Positions 29,560 to 43,723 of a stretch of DNA of 64,000 bases are shown one piece after another. The translations under genes and the position numbers were made by a program. The DNA is taken from contig OX597818.1 of the NCBI GenBank assembly GCA_951406725.2, positions 140,988,001-141,052,000 on the forward strand, written 5' to 3'. The notes beneath the pieces are model-generated. The model had not been told where the DNA came from and did not search any database. It saw nothing but the letters and a program-made list of their open reading frames with translations. Numbering within the stretch: the stretch's first letter is position 1; every line of letters begins with the position of its first letter. This stretch comes from Octopus vulgaris (lineage: Eukaryota).

Positions 29560-29722
29560 TGTATACTCTCATACATGTATATATATATATATATATTTAT
29601 ACACATGCATGCACACATACGCACTTGTATATAGTGAAAGAGAGAGAGAGAGAGAGAGAGAAGAGAGGCATCTAGTGTGTGTATGCCTGTATATGTTTGT
29701 GTTTACATACATATATAAATAA

Positions 29723-29772
<50 letters not shown>

Positions 29773-30084
29773 TTACACATGTACAGATGCGCATATCTTC
29801 ATACATATACATACATATATATTTATATTTACATAGATACGTACATACGTACATGCATACATACATACATACATGCATACATACATACATACATACATAC
29901 ATACATACATACATACATACATACATACATACATACATACGTACGTACGTACGCACAACGACGTCTCGCATCCTTTTATCTATGTTTCAGTGATTCTAGT
30001 TCCTACGGTGCTCCATCCTATACGTTTCAAAAGAAAGTTAGAATGTTGTCAAAGAAGGCGCCAATGTTTCTCATCTCATATGTC

Positions 30085-30124
30085 ACCCTGAAGAAATAGA
30101 TGCAGGTATCGAAATAGGCTTGGT
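30085..30124 (+). ncRNA. Degenerate minimal hammerhead-like motif
   Basis: ACC-CUGAAGA-aAUA-gaugcagg-UAUc-GAAA-uaggc-UU-GGU; weak stems II and III. Confidence 0.45.
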
Positions 30125-30490
30125 AAATACTGCTTTATCAAATCCAATTTATATTCAACTGATTTTCATAAATAGTAATGAGCAAAAAGATCTGAAATTT
30201 TCCTATCATTGTTGAAGTATGAGTTTGTGTTTTTATTTTTGTTTTTTCAAATTTCACCTCACCTATTTTCATATATTTTTCGAGTTTCTTTCTCCGTGCC
30301 ATACATTTTTCTGTTCCTTCTCTCTTGTATTCTATCTCCTTTCTCTCTCCTCATCTCTTTATATATATATATATATATATATATACCGGAGTAAACACAT
30401 AAATGTGAAACAAGGTGGAAAAAAGAGTACTCAAATACCAGCGGTAGAGTAATATGCTTTATTCAAAGCAGCAGGAAGATTAAAAAAAAC

Positions 30491-30528
30491 CTGTTACTCT
30501 GAGTTTTCCGTTTCCGTTCGTCGGCCAG
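30491..30528 (-). ncRNA. Degenerate hammerhead-like motif (U4C core)
   Basis: Minus strand: CUGg-CCGACGA-aCG-gaaa-CG-gAAAA-CUC-a-GAG-UA-aCAG; within a block bounded by (TA)n (30385-30665). Confidence 0.45.
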
Positions 30529-30661
30529 TTTTTGCTAGAATGGAACCGATATGTGAATTCTATTCAGACTATGACAAACGCTACACCTTTAAAAAATGGA
30601 CTTGTTTGATTGTCCCTTTAGAAATAACGGCCAATTTTCGAGCGATAAACATAGATGAGTT

Positions 30662-30700
<39 letters not shown>

Positions 30701-30844
30701 GAAGGCTAATCCGTCGTAGGATTATCCATTTGCACCTGGGTTGAGTGGAACAACGTGAAATGAAGTGTTTTATTCCAGATCAGAATGCGCAGCTGATCTG
30801 AGAATGGTCATGCAACATCATTAACTGCTAGGCCATATATATAT

Positions 30845-31228
30845 CAGAAAACAAAATATCTTGAACAAGAACGTAACAGGCGACAACAACACATTCGGAC
30901 AGTTAGGCGATACAAAAAAGGACAGGAAAAAACAAGGACGGGTCATTCGGATTTTTGTATTTTCAGTCGAGTTCCAGATTTTCTTAGCAGTTTCGGACAG
31001 TTACACTCGAGACTGCTCGAATCTGGTCGGCCTCAAGAAAATCTAAGCTAAGAGCACTAGATTCCTCGGAAGAAAGCAAATGAATGTATACGAAAACAAG
31101 GGGAAAAAAGGAGAAATATTACACAAATACAAATACAAACAACAGGACATTAACAACAGGTGTCTTTCGACTAAGGACGAATTAAATTAAGCTGGCGTGT
31201 GTGAAAGTGAAGCCATACGGCAAGGACA
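30845..31228 (-). repeat. Unclassified repeat, diverged copy of 40861-41275
   Basis: Collinear reverse-complement blocks GGACGGGTCATTCG, GAATGTATACGAAA, CAACAGG.GTCTTTCGACT and AGCTGGCGT. Confidence 0.8.
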
Positions 31229-31434
31229 TAGGCAAAAAAAGTCATGGGAAAGAATATAGATGTTGCACGGATGGTAGTCGAACCATGAGAGAAAGGTCAG
31301 GCTTGGCGGAATACCAGTCACATGGAAGGAGAGGAACGAAGTAAGTGTGAACGGGCTGAAAGAAGAGAGTCGCACAGAATTTAGATATGCCTAGATTTAC
31401 TTACATATAAGAGACCAAAAGTGAACGTACGCTG

Positions 31435-31483
<49 letters not shown>

Positions 31484-31486
<3 letters not shown>

Positions 31487-31816
31487 CGCATGGCTCAGTG
31501 GTTAGAGCGTCGAGCTTACGATCGTGAGGTTGTGAGCTCGAATCTCGGACCGGGCTGCGTGTTGTGTTCTTGAGCAAGACACTTTATTTCACGTTGCTCC
31601 AGTTCACTCAGCTGTAGAAATGAGTTGCGACGTCACAGGTGCCAAGCTGTATCGACCTTTGTCTTTCCCTTGGATAACACTGGTGGCGTGGAGAGGGGAG
31701 GCCGGTATGCATGGGCGACTACTGGTCTTCCATAAAACAACCTTGCCCAGACTTGTGCCTCAGAGGGTAACTCTCTAGGTGCAAACCCATGGTCACTCAT
31801 GACCGAAGGGGGTCTT
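31484..31816 (+). mobile_element. tRNA-derived CORE-type SINE family C
   Basis: TGGCTCAGTGGTTAGAGCG A box, G.TCGAATC B box and CORE-like GTTCTTGAGCAAGACACTT; homologous to 47109. Confidence 0.85.
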
Positions 31817-31843
31817 TCTTCTTCTTATATATATACATACATA

Positions 31844-32226
31844 GGAAGCACTCCGTCGGTTACGACGACGAGGGTTCCGGTTGATCCAATCAACGGAACA
31901 GCCTGCTCGTGAAATTAACGTGTAAGTAGCTGAGAACTCCACAGACACGTGTACCCTTAACGCAGTTCTCGGGGATATTCAGCGTGACACAGAGAGGACA
32001 AGGCCGGCTCTTTGAAATACAGGTACAACAGAAACAGGAAGTAAGAGTAAGAGAAAGTTGTGGTGAAAGAGTACAGCAGGGATCACCACCATCCCCTGCC
32101 GGAGCCTCGTGGAGCTTTAGGTGTTTTCGCTCAATAAACACTCACAACGCCCGGTCTGGGAATCGAAACCGCGATCCTACGACCGCGAGTCCTCTGCCCT
32201 AACCACTGGGCCATTGCGCCTCCACC
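31844..32226 (-). mobile_element. SINE family B
   Basis: Reverse complement of 38544-38929; TSD ATATACAT(A/G)CATA. Confidence 0.92.
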
Positions 32227-32509
32227 ATATACATGCATAAGCTGTATCACACTATCTTATGTGGTATTAGAAAAATATGACTTCTGGGAGAGTAAAATTT
32301 TAGTAAGATTAAGAAACCGAGTATATTGATACTATTTTTGAATTAAATTAGAGCGTAAGGAAAGGAGCACGAGGAAGGGAATCATTGGTAGGATGTAGAT
32401 ATGAAGGGCATAAAAATTTGGGTAACCCTGTTTGAAGAAGGGAGTAAATTTGGAGACTCTAGCTGCAAACCGGGCAAATAGCAGCGAAACACATTCTAGA
32501 TCTCGTAAT

Positions 32510-32556
32510 GTTTGTTGCTGTTGTTGTTGTTGTTGTCATTGTTGTTGTTGTTGTTG

Positions 32557-32587
<31 letters not shown>

Positions 32588-32630
32588 TGGTGATGATGAT
32601 GATGACGACGACGACGACGACGACGACGAC

Positions 32631-32661
<31 letters not shown>

Positions 32662-32789
32662 GGGATGGTGGTGGTGGTGGTGATGATGATGATGACGACG
32701 ACGACGACGATGACGACGACGACGATGACGACGACGACGATGATGATGAGGATGGTGGTGGTGGTGGTGATGATGACGACGACGACGAC

Positions 32790-32824
<35 letters not shown>

Positions 32825-32900
32825 GGAAGGTGATAATGATGATAATGAAGACGACGATAGTTACGATTGCAACGACGACAACGACGATGACGATGAAGAT
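32510..32900. repeat. Compound (GTT)/(GAT)/(GAC)/(GGT) trinucleotide tract
   Basis: Direct reading. Confidence 0.95.
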
Positions 32901-33105
32901 GAGAACAGCTGATGTAGAATGTCTAGTAATATTTATTTGACTCTTCCATATTAAGATTCATGGCGCAGTTCTTAAGACTTTAAAGGAAGCAGATGATCCA
33001 CTCGAGTAGCCAATAAAAACCGTACCTCTTACGATTTTCGAGACGCACAGCTCTGAAACAATATCAGAGTTCAGAAAATAAGAAACGAAATTTATTGCAG
33101 TATAT

Positions 33106-33502
33106 AGGCGCAGGAGTGGCTGTGTGGTAAGAAGCTTGCTAACCAACCACATGGTTCCGGGTTCAGTCCCACTGCGTGGCATCTTGGGCAAGTGTCTTCT
33201 GCTACAGCCTCGGGCCGACCAATGCCTTGTGAGTGGATTTGGTAGACGGAAACTGAAAGAAGCCCGTCGTATATATGTATATATGTGTATGTGCGTGTAT
33301 GTTTGTGTGTCTGTGTTTGTCCCCCTAGCATTGCTTGACAACCGATGCTGGTGTGTTGATGTCCCCGTCACTTAGCGGTTCGGCAAAAGAGACCGATAGA
33401 ATAAGTACTGGGCTTACAAAGAATAAGTCCCGGGGTCGAGTTGCTCGATTAAAGGCGGTGCACCAGCATGGCCGCAGTCAAAATGACTGAAACATGTAAA
33501 AA
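33106..33502 (+). mobile_element. SINE family A (full length)
   Basis: High identity to 12063-12477 (reverse complement) and to 62513-62943. Confidence 0.9.
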
Positions 33503-34169
33503 ATATATATATATATATCTTAGTAACTAATTTTTGTCATACTTATTGAATGTTCTCCTAATGTGCTTCCATATTACTTTTTAATACGCTTGTAAATTTC
33601 GAAATAAGAATTATGAAATAAAAAGGGTGATAACTGTATAAGACCATTAAATGAAAATCACCTCAATAAGGAAATGTTGATCATAATGTTGAGAAAAAAG
33701 ACATAATCAAAATATTAATTTTAAAAACTTTAGATTAAGTAATTTAATTAAATATTAACATTGATTAATTTCAATGAAAAATACATTTAAGAAATTGCTA
33801 ATTAGGTAAAGATGTGTGAGCGCACACAAATTATATACACCTATATAAACATATCGTACATATATGTGTATAGATTGAATATGTACATATAGTTTTGTGT
33901 TAACTGAGGTAGCTACAAAACGCAATCACACACAGACACACAAATGCACATACATATGAAGAATTAGATACCTTAATATATAGATAAGCATGTATGCAAA
34001 TGTGTGTGTGTATGCCCCATATACAGACATGATATTTAGCTATACGTATGTATGTATATATACATACACACACAAATGAATACACATATATATGTGTATG
34101 TATATATATATATATATATATATTCATTTGTGTATGTATACATATATATATACACAATTGAACACACAC

Positions 34170-34216
<47 letters not shown>

Positions 34217-34225
34217 CACAAATGA

Positions 34226-34275
<50 letters not shown>

Positions 34276-34919
34276 TCATTTGTGTATGTATACATATATA
34301 TACACAACTGAATACATATATATATATATGTATACGTGTATATATATATATATGCATATATACATACACACACACACACACATATATTTTACTTATACAT
34401 ACTTTCAAATGCTTATATGCATATACATATATTTGTAAGTATATCTTCATACATGTGTCTCTATGTGTGTATATATATATATACAGCTAAAAATATGTAT
34501 ATACGTACGCATGTATTTATAATCGTTCATTAAATTGTTATTTTGTCTTATTGAATGGTTAGAGGCATTCTTGCTGTTATAGATTTCTTATTTTAACTGA
34601 ATATTGTCCTCTTTTTTTTTCTGTAAAATTTTAACTTACAAAACATGGCAATAATTTTGACAGCTTTGGCACGACTCTCTTCCATAATGTAAAACATCTA
34701 GAACAAGATTTTTCCATTTTGAATATTTTTGAATAAATTCTAAATGAAGACGCAGCTCGCATATTATTTAGTTTTGTGACAAAGTGTGTTGTGCTAATGC
34801 ATAAAAGTATCTAATAAATGCAGGCTAAAAATCAGCATTTTCTCTCTTCTTTTTTTGTGTATGTAGAAAAATGTATATTGAACTACGCAGCTATGTATAC
34901 ATCTGTATACATAGCATAC

Positions 34920-35023
<104 letters not shown>

Positions 35024-35334
35024 CATATATACATATATCTGTATACATAGTATGCGGATATATATATATTCTGTTTCTGGGAATAAATTGCATTATTGCA
35101 TTATATGTATGTAATTTGTTGTATAAATTATTTGATATTTTATACAAGGATAACTACATACATATATTCCTGTATTCCTCTAGAATTGAAAATGTTGAAA
35201 GCTGAGATGTAAAGCCCTATGCGTAAGAATTATAAGCAACGCAAACAAAAGCAATATTATTAGAAGTGATGCATTGACTGACGAAAGATATTTAGCAGCA
35301 GCTGAAGCTAAGTTTCGAGTCTTTTCTCCTATAA

Positions 35335-35518
35335 GCATCAGGCCTGAAATTTTAGATGAATGGGCTTATTGATTACATCATCCCCAGTAATCAGAAAGTA
35401 TTTATTTCATCGACCCCGAAAGGCGGAAAGGCAAAGTAAATCTCAGGACCGAAAACCAGAAGAAATGCTGTTGAGCATTTTGTGCGGCCTGCAAACGATT
35501 TTGCCAGCTCGCCGCATT
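35335..35518 (-). mobile_element. Decayed family D SINE
   Basis: ATCGACCCCGAAAGG..AAAGGCAAAGT and TTGCCAGCTCGCCGC. Confidence 0.75.
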
Positions 35519-37199
35519 TAATAATAAATAAATTTTTGTTGTAAAGGCCTGACTGGCAGAAAACTACACCGCCAGAAAACTACTACACTAATCGAAAACA
35601 ACAGCATCTAATGCATAATCTCTTTTATATGGAGACTGATTTTATAATAAGGGATTTCCTTTCCGAACATATAGGTTTTAGTTCCACTATGAAGCATTTT
35701 GGGCAATCCCCTGCTTAACCAAGATCTTTTCCACTGAGTTACAAGGCCTATCTCACGTTCGTGCCACCAGAAATGTAGTTTAAAAAATACTGACTCTTCG
35801 AAAAATCACAACCAACAACAATGTTGCTCACTAAATATAATATTAAATGTGGAATAAATAAATACTGTTCACTAATTGCAGTAGGAACGTAAAATAAAAT
35901 TATTTATGTAGTTGTAATAATCACGTGAGTAATCAAATGCAAGACTAATACCTTTATACTATATTTGCATATAGATTAAAATGTTGTCAAATACATAAGT
36001 TTAGTTTGATTTAAAATCTTTCCTTGGAATTCGCTTTATATAATGTACATATTCGTTAAAAAATATAATTGGTTAACAGACTTCACCGTTTTATTGAGAT
36101 ATTCAATGTAGCCACTAGAACAAGATGCACGCTGCTTTATTAGAAACTGTCATTGCAAGGGATAGCATAGTACAGTGAATATAATAAAACGATGCAGAAG
36201 TTTTAATAAAGCATGTCAGCCTGTCATCTAAAAACAGTTATTGCTGTTATTACTAGTGAGAAAAAGAAGCAAAAACGCTTCTGTAAAATGCATAGATAAA
36301 ACAACTTTGATTTTTTGGTTTGTTAGATCAAGATTTTTACTTTTCCATGGGAATCAATTTAGACATTCGAAAAGAAGTATTTAAAAATTCCTTACAACTG
36401 TGGATAAAGGGATATCAGGATTTAAGATATAAGCAATTTGTATCATTTGTTCACTAAAATAAAAATGCAAGTGCAAAAATATTATTCAGTAATTATATAA
36501 AGCTATTTTATACAAATTTCCATTTATTTCAGTGGAAAATATTTAAAGAAAATACCAAAGAAAAGTTGGTGTGGTCGGCGTCGGTAGAAATTATACAGGA
36601 ATTAAGATCAGTTCATATACCATAGGAGGGAGAAAACCCCGACTATGAGGGCCTGATTTTTCGTTTCAGAGCTTTAACTAAGCATAACAATTTAACTAAA
36701 CATAATTTTTTCTGTCACTTAGGCAATGCCATATCAGTAAAACCATGAGTTCGCCTTTACTGGCGTCATACAAATTTTTCCAAAATTGTAAACTTTATTT
36801 AAACCAGATAGGCAATATTCGAACATGAGAATGCACTTTCCATTGAAAAATTCTAATAAAATCTGAAAGTGTCCTTTGCTTTTGCCAGTTGTACTTATAG
36901 ACAATGTCCACTTCCATTTCTATCATCTTTATTTACAAAAAAAAAAATTTATTGGCATTATTTCGCTTACTTTATGTTTTTCGAATTTATTCATTGTCAC
37001 CCAGTGCATCGCTACTCTCAATAAATCGAATTTCACTCAGTATTGTACAAGATCAAGACTTGGAAGCTTTGGTTATGTACATTAATAATCTTCACGCAGA
37101 ACACTATGGTAAACTGAAAAACATTGCTAAATCCAGGATCTTTTAATGAAAACCATATGATTTATTTATTACAGAACGTTGCGAATTTATTCATAACTG

Positions 37200-37900
37200 A
37201 AAATTTTGCAAGGGATTTGATCAGAAAATTTTAAGCATTACATGTCATAATCCAGAAGCACAGGTATTTACTGGGAAAGTTCATTTCTTTGCTTTTATGT
37301 CAGTTATACACACAACTTAAAACAAAAATGCAACCTATGTAAAATTTTAAACTATTTTAAATCGTTCATGATATTTGCCGGAAATTTCCATTATACTACA
37401 GCCTTGTCGATTAAGTACATTTCCTCGTGTACGTATGCAAAATTCTTGGCTTTTTCCAGTTCGTTTATTTCTGTTAAAGTCAAGTAAATAATTTATCTTT
37501 AACTCTTTTAAAATGAATACATTTTTTACAAACCATGAATTGAATATGTTCATCAAAATCGATTACTGCAATTGTTCAGAATAATACAAAATGGGCAGCG
37601 ATTCGAAGCTTCTGATCGAAGAAGGCTGCCTGCAGTGAAAACTTGAAATCATTGTCAGTAGTCAAAAACTTCCTGATGTTTACATATGTCGATTTTAACA
37701 GATAAATCTTTATTCTTTTAGAACATTTTGAATTTAACATTAAATTACGATATATAAATATCAAGAGCGTTGCATATTTCCATATAAAGGATATCAATTG
37801 TAAGTTATCGAGAAAGAATAAAGAAATCAAAATTCTGTAGCAAAATTATATAGTCAGGAACATTTTGAATGTTGAGCTCACATGTCTTCCAGCTAAAATA
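37200..37900 (-). pseudogene. Possible very old Mutator-like (MULE) transposase remnant
   Basis: Ordered eroded motifs on the minus strand: HVSSTFK (resembling DGTFK), then ~70 aa, TTDNDF..LQAAF..AAHF (resembling DxE..CxFH), then MTCNA (resembling TNN); weak. Confidence 0.3.
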
Positions 37901-38098
37901 CGTACGATAGAGTATTAGTTCGAGGATGAAAGCCATAACACCAGCCTTGTAAAAAAATTCAGAGATTGCATCAAGGCGGACCTGAAGGATTTGCCAATTG
38001 ATTTAAATCACTGAGAAGAGGAAACACTACGTCGATTAAATTGGGGAACGTAGATTATATCAGCATATAAAATAAGTACATACATATATGTATAAATA

Positions 38099-38164
<66 letters not shown>

Positions 38165-38542
38165 TATATATTTATGCATGTATGTACGTATATACAAAGG
38201 AAAATAGGACAGGGTAGAAAGTGCTAAATTAATTTCATCAGGAAGAACCTTTTAGTTCAACTTTCGAAATATGGGTCCATCGATTTGGACCATATACATT
38301 CACTAACTGTAGAACTTTCACATTTTCCTCTTTTGTCTATGGATCCTTTACTAGTGCAGGGTTCAGTACTTTCAACTAGCGTTGACACTGTACACATGTA
38401 TGGTCATGTAAGAAGCCAGCAATTAACTTGCAATCATTAGGTCCATGTTGCCCAACAAACTCTTTCAGGAGATTATCTTTCATCTTTAGTCCATCGACCT
38501 TTATTATTTTATTGCTTGAACTGAATGATATATTATAATCGT

Positions 38543-38929
38543 CGTGGAGGCGCAATGGCCCAGTGGTTAGGGCAGCGGACTCGCGGTCATAGAATCGTAG
38601 TTTCGATTCCCAGACCGGGCGTTGTGAGTGTTTATTGAGCTAAAACACCTAAAAGCTCCACGAGGCTCCGGCAGGAGATGGTGGTGATCCCTGCTGTACT
38701 CTTTCACCACTAATTTCTCTCACTCTTACTTCCTGTTTCTGTTGTACCTGTATTTCAAAGGGGCCGGCCTTGTCACTCTCTGTGTCACGCTGAATATCCC
38801 CGAGAACTACGTTAAGGGTACACGTGTCTGTGGAGTGCTCAGCCACTTACACGTTAATTTCACGAGCAGGCTGTTCCGTTGATTCGGATCAACCGGAACC
38901 CTCGTCGTCGTAACCGACGGAGTGCTTCC
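38543..38929 (+). mobile_element. SINE family B
   Basis: Full length; TSD ATTATAATCGT (38532-38542 / 38930-38940). Confidence 0.93.
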
Positions 38930-39139
38930 ATTATAATCGTGATCCAATACCTCATTATCAGTGTCATCCTAACTTTTGAATGACTGTCGATTACTGCCTC
39001 CAATCTTATGATGCTTACTCACTACGATTGACCATATAATTAATGAATTGTATCTCCGCAACAAGACACACGTGATCATGTGACCGACCAGGTTATGAGA
39101 TGGTGTAAAACATCGCTGGTTACAATACCCACCACCCGC

Positions 39140-39265
39140 CGATTGAAAGCAGGACTGGAGCAAAGTGAAATGAATTGTTTTGCTGAAGAGCACCACACGC
39201 CGCCCAGTCAGCGAATCGAACCTACGTTCTGGCGATCGCGAGTGCAACAGCTTATTCATTAGGCC
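39140..39265 (-). mobile_element. Decayed CORE-type SINE head
   Basis: CTGGAGCAAAGTGAAATGAATTGTTTTGCTGAAGAGCAC resembles the reverse complement of the family C CORE region. Confidence 0.55.
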
Positions 39266-39282
39266 TCATACATTGATAACAT

Positions 39283-39325
<43 letters not shown>

Positions 39326-39364
39326 ACTCTAATCATGTCCATGACTCTTCCTCTTTTTTTCGTC

Positions 39365-39398
39365 CTCTTGACGAAGAGCTCCGCTCGAAACGTTAGAT
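39365..39398 (+). ncRNA. Degenerate minimal hammerhead-like motif
   Basis: UC-UUGACGA-a-GAGC-ucc-GCUC-GAAACGUUA-GA; palindromic AACGUU; C3U is uncompensated; block is flanked by (TA)n. Confidence 0.5.
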
Positions 39399-40156
39399 CC
39401 TCCTTTCTTTACATTCCTGAGCGTCCAATAACATTATACTTGTTCCACGTCCTAGCGTTGATGTTCTCTTTGTTCATGTTTGGATTAACTATATATATAT
39501 ATATATATATATAACCTGATAAAAATCATTAACGTGATGTTATCCTAATATTCTATTATGAATTAATAAATAAAATGAAATAATTATCTTTACCCCTGAT
39601 CGGAATAGCATTTCCCGCGCAGCTATTTTGATAATATACACATGGTTGTCGTGAAAAAGTATAAATCTGCCTTACCTTTGATCTATACATGCAAATATTT
39701 TTCGCCCTTGCTCTCTTAATATAAATATGTACCTATATATTAATTTTAAGCGTTTATATATATGCATATAGAGTTATATCGGTGAAGGCGAGAACAGCGG
39801 TGAGAATGGAATGGTAACGTTACTATAGCTGTCATATAACAGAGATAGGGTGTCTTATATCAGGGAAATCGAGAATAGCAGTATGAATGGGATAGTGACG
39901 CTAATAAAGCTGTCATATACACGCGACGCTGCATACATGATTTAGTAAATACATAGACGCAACACACATACATACACAGAAAGGAGGGTGTGAGGAATAC
40001 GTAATTTTCAGGAGAGGCGGGTAGGTGGCTGTTCTGTTGTCCATCGTAAAGAAGCACTCACATACCCACGTTCATACATATGTTTACTATATACCATTCT
40101 GAACTCGTGATTATCTGTGTGTACGTCTATAATAAATGTGTGTGTGAGTGTGTGCT

Positions 40157-40196
<40 letters not shown>

Positions 40197-40860
40197 TGAC
40201 TGTCACGTCGTATAACTATCTATCTCCTAACTATTGTAGGGTCTCCCCTTTTGCAGTCATATATTGTGAGATTTTAAAAATGAATTAAAAGTTTCAAAAT
40301 TGGTAAATTGAAATAACTTTCCACGTTAAATTCGATTTTGTTATTTATTTGTTCCTTACATCCACTTGAATTATAGTCGAATTGGATTTCAATAAAAATC
40401 TATAATGCCATCCCACTAGGGAGCGGGACCGTAGCACATGTTTACAAATCAGCTGCGTTAAGCTACGACACGCAAAACGCCAGCTGCAATACGCTGACCA
40501 TTTGTCAATGTATTTCTAAGTTTATTTATCTAATTTATTTTACTCAGCTGCGTATTCGTTCGTTAAAATAATATACAGACATCACTTATTCACCCACTAA
40601 TTGAATTAATAGTTTGTAATATCTATTTTTAGTAATAACCTATTACCATAAATGTTAATAAAGTATTTAATGGGTTAATATTACCTAACAGATTCTAAAA
40701 ATTATATATTGACATAGGATTGGGGATAGGAATGGGAGTAGAACTAAAACGGGAACTGAACAGGGGACGGGATAGGACTTGAAACGGTAATGGGAACGGG
40801 AACTGGAAATAACACCTGCTTTTCCGGGAAGTACCGGGTAATTCATTTAATATATATATA

Positions 40861-41275
40861 TTTTCGTCTGCCGTAAGGCAATATCTTTCAGAATACGCCA
40901 GCTAAGTTGAACTGACTAAAGTCGAAAGACGCCTGTTGTTTTTGTCCTGTTATTATTATTATTATTTTCTTTTGTATTTATATTCGTATTACTTTTTTGT
41001 TTTTTGTATTTATATTCGTGTAACATCGTCTGTTTTTCTGTCCTTGTTTCGTATACATTCGATCCTTTTTCCAAGAAATCTAATGCTCGTAGCTTAGTTT
41101 TTCCTTGGGATTGGCCAGATCGGAGCATTCTCAAGATTAATCAGCCGAAATTGCGAGGATGATCCGGTTCTTGACTGAAGATTAGAGGCTTCGAATGACC
41201 CGTCCGTTTTTTGTATCGTCTATTTGAATGTTTTGCGTTCTTGTCCCATTTTGTAACTTTATATATATTTTTTAT
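40861..41275 (+). repeat. Unclassified interspersed repeat in (TA)n
   Basis: Homologous to 1-127 and 30845-31228; TA tracts on both sides. Confidence 0.85.
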
Positions 41276-43287
41276 ACATATATATATATATACGTCTCTG
41301 TCAGTCTGTCTGTCTGTGTGGTGTCTGAGTGTATATATACATACATGCACACATAGACGTTTGCAGTGGATATGTATAGCAGGTTAAATCAAAACCATTA
41401 CGTGGCAGTCTATCATACTGATCCACTGATCCTTGCAGAATAAAATAACGCACAAAAAAAGACAAATGTATTCGGAATTTTGTGAGGAAACGACTAAAAT
41501 TTACATACCAAAAATCATTCTCCCCGAATCACTTCCGTCCTTGCCATTCTGTGCGGTTTCATATTAAATAAGTTATTAAATTTGAAGTTTCACCGTGAAC
41601 AGAGTAACGAAACCCGTTGACTCCGATACTTCGAAGTAACCTCCAACCTTAGTAAATGCAAATTTTATACACTCGTTTTTTAAAACCACATATTACTAAA
41701 TTATCAAATCCTAAGTTTGTTCTTCTGCACTTGATTCCAGCAATCATGACCTCCGTACATCATTCAAAAAGAACTGAAATAATGTGATGCACTGTATGAT
41801 ATAGCTTCAGTTTTCTAAAAGTTTCCATTAAATTGCAACATATTGAAATTAAAAAAATTTTAAAACATTTTATGAAGTAAAATTCTTTTCCTGCTAACAA
41901 TAGCAAAAAATCAAGAAAAAAGTAATTGAATATGTATTATCTGCGTATGTACTTATCTAGAAGGAAAAAATATATAATATACTCTTAAAGTAATGGATTA
42001 TACCGTGAGAATAACGTGTCAATGCTCTATAAAATCATATTCAAAAATCATATGTACACCAAAATGTGTAATTCTTTCAGATATACTTGCATGTTTTTTT
42101 CCGAATCTGCATTATTTAATAGTAATGACCAATCGAACAGATTGATTCTAGAATGTCAGGATTCTTGTCAGTTCGTGATAAAGGGTACGATATTTTTAAT
42201 GCATATATTTAAATTTTATATAAAATCTTTTCACAATTTTACTACAAGTTATTTTTCAACGGTGATCAACCAGCTGACATACCTACCTTACATTCTGCCT
42301 ATGTAATTGTTTGGCTACCTGCCTATTCATATATTCATGAATAGATGCATGCCCCAATCGATATAGTTATCTATTTCGCTATGATACACAATGAACGACA
42401 AGGCAGTATATTGGATTACTTATAATTGCTTTCTATATGTGTTTCTTATTTTGAAAATATTGAACATATTCCTGATTAAGTCAAGTATGAACTTGTATAC
42501 GTGGAAGGAAACCATTTTAAAGCTATGTATTTAATCGGTAAGATAGCTTCAGTTGTCCTTTATTATTGCAAATCTTAAATGGTTATTCCTGAATTTGAAT
42601 ATTTCTACGATACAAAATAAATTGTCAGTAAAATAATTTCAGTTTCTTTAACTGAATCCTCCCTCTTATACTACTAAACGTTTGGACGTAAGACGCATTT
42701 ACTACATTTACGATTTTCGTTTTTCGTTAAACGAATATGCAACTATACAAATCATATACAAATATCTAAATTGTATTATTTCACTAGCTAAAAAGTTCAT
42801 CCTATGAAATTTTTGATTTCATATGATAAATCTCAAAAGTTTGAAACAATGCCGTAAATATAGACCGTCTACCTTCTATAGGTTTGAAGAGATTGATGCA
42901 CTTATATTTATAATTATTTCTATTGGAGTAACAATAAGCGAGACTGGAAAGTAGACGTTATATTTGCAAGGGTAAAAGTTTATATTTGCAGGGATTTCAA
43001 TCCTACTTTGGTTAGTGTAGAAAAGTATATTCTATAGTATTGGGTCAGCCAAACCCTTATCAATACATTTCTCGTTGGCAGAGACCTCATTGCAGTCAGC
43101 CGAAAAGACTGCTCTTGTTGTTTGCCACAGTGTGATGATAATTTCTCTTCTTCATTATTGTGTTGGAGAAATCCTGAAAATATTCGCGACGGCTTCTTTG
43201 TCTTCCGTGACAAAGTGATTTAGGAAGATATGATTGATGGATTCCACAAGATAACATTTTAAACTCAATTGTACATATATAGTTTCT

Positions 43288-43378
<91 letters not shown>

Positions 43379-43426
43379 CACATTTCTAAATCTCTGAGAC
43401 AGTGTTATGCAGTAGCAGCACGATAA

Positions 43427-43647
43427 AGTGATGGTTTGTTGTCAACTTGATGTGGCAGTCCCAAGAAAGGAAAGGATTTTATTGTCATTTAGCCCCAAGA
43501 AACACAGTTTCTAGTTGGCTACGTGACTCAAGCATTCTGACACAGAACGCTTGTGTCGCGTAGCCAATTAGAAACGGTATTTCTTGGGGCTAAATAAGAG
43601 TAACAGTCTCCCCTTTCCTGGGACAGCCACACGAAGTTGCCATCACT
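43427..43647. mobile_element. ~220 bp fold-back element derived from the 1876-2515 family terminus
   Basis: AGTGATGG/CCATCACT ends and TTTAGCCCCAAGAAA/TTTCTTGGGGCTAAA arms, centre near 43541. Shares GTGGCAGTCC..TTTA.CCCCA.GAAA with the dimer unit. Confidence 0.8.
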
Positions 43648-43677
43648 ATATATATGTATATATATGTATATATATGA

Positions 43678-43723
<46 letters not shown>

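Noticed and set aside
40210-40850. Possible second Helitron (GGGA-rich tract, CCGG..CCGG hairpin near 40824-40838)
   Set aside because: No CTRR terminus and no clear 5' TC end; too eroded to call.
41400-43260. Long non-repetitive AT-rich stretch as a possible host exon region
   Set aside because: No convincing ORF, domain motif or splice-bounded reading frame is visible; small exons cannot be excluded without RNA-seq.
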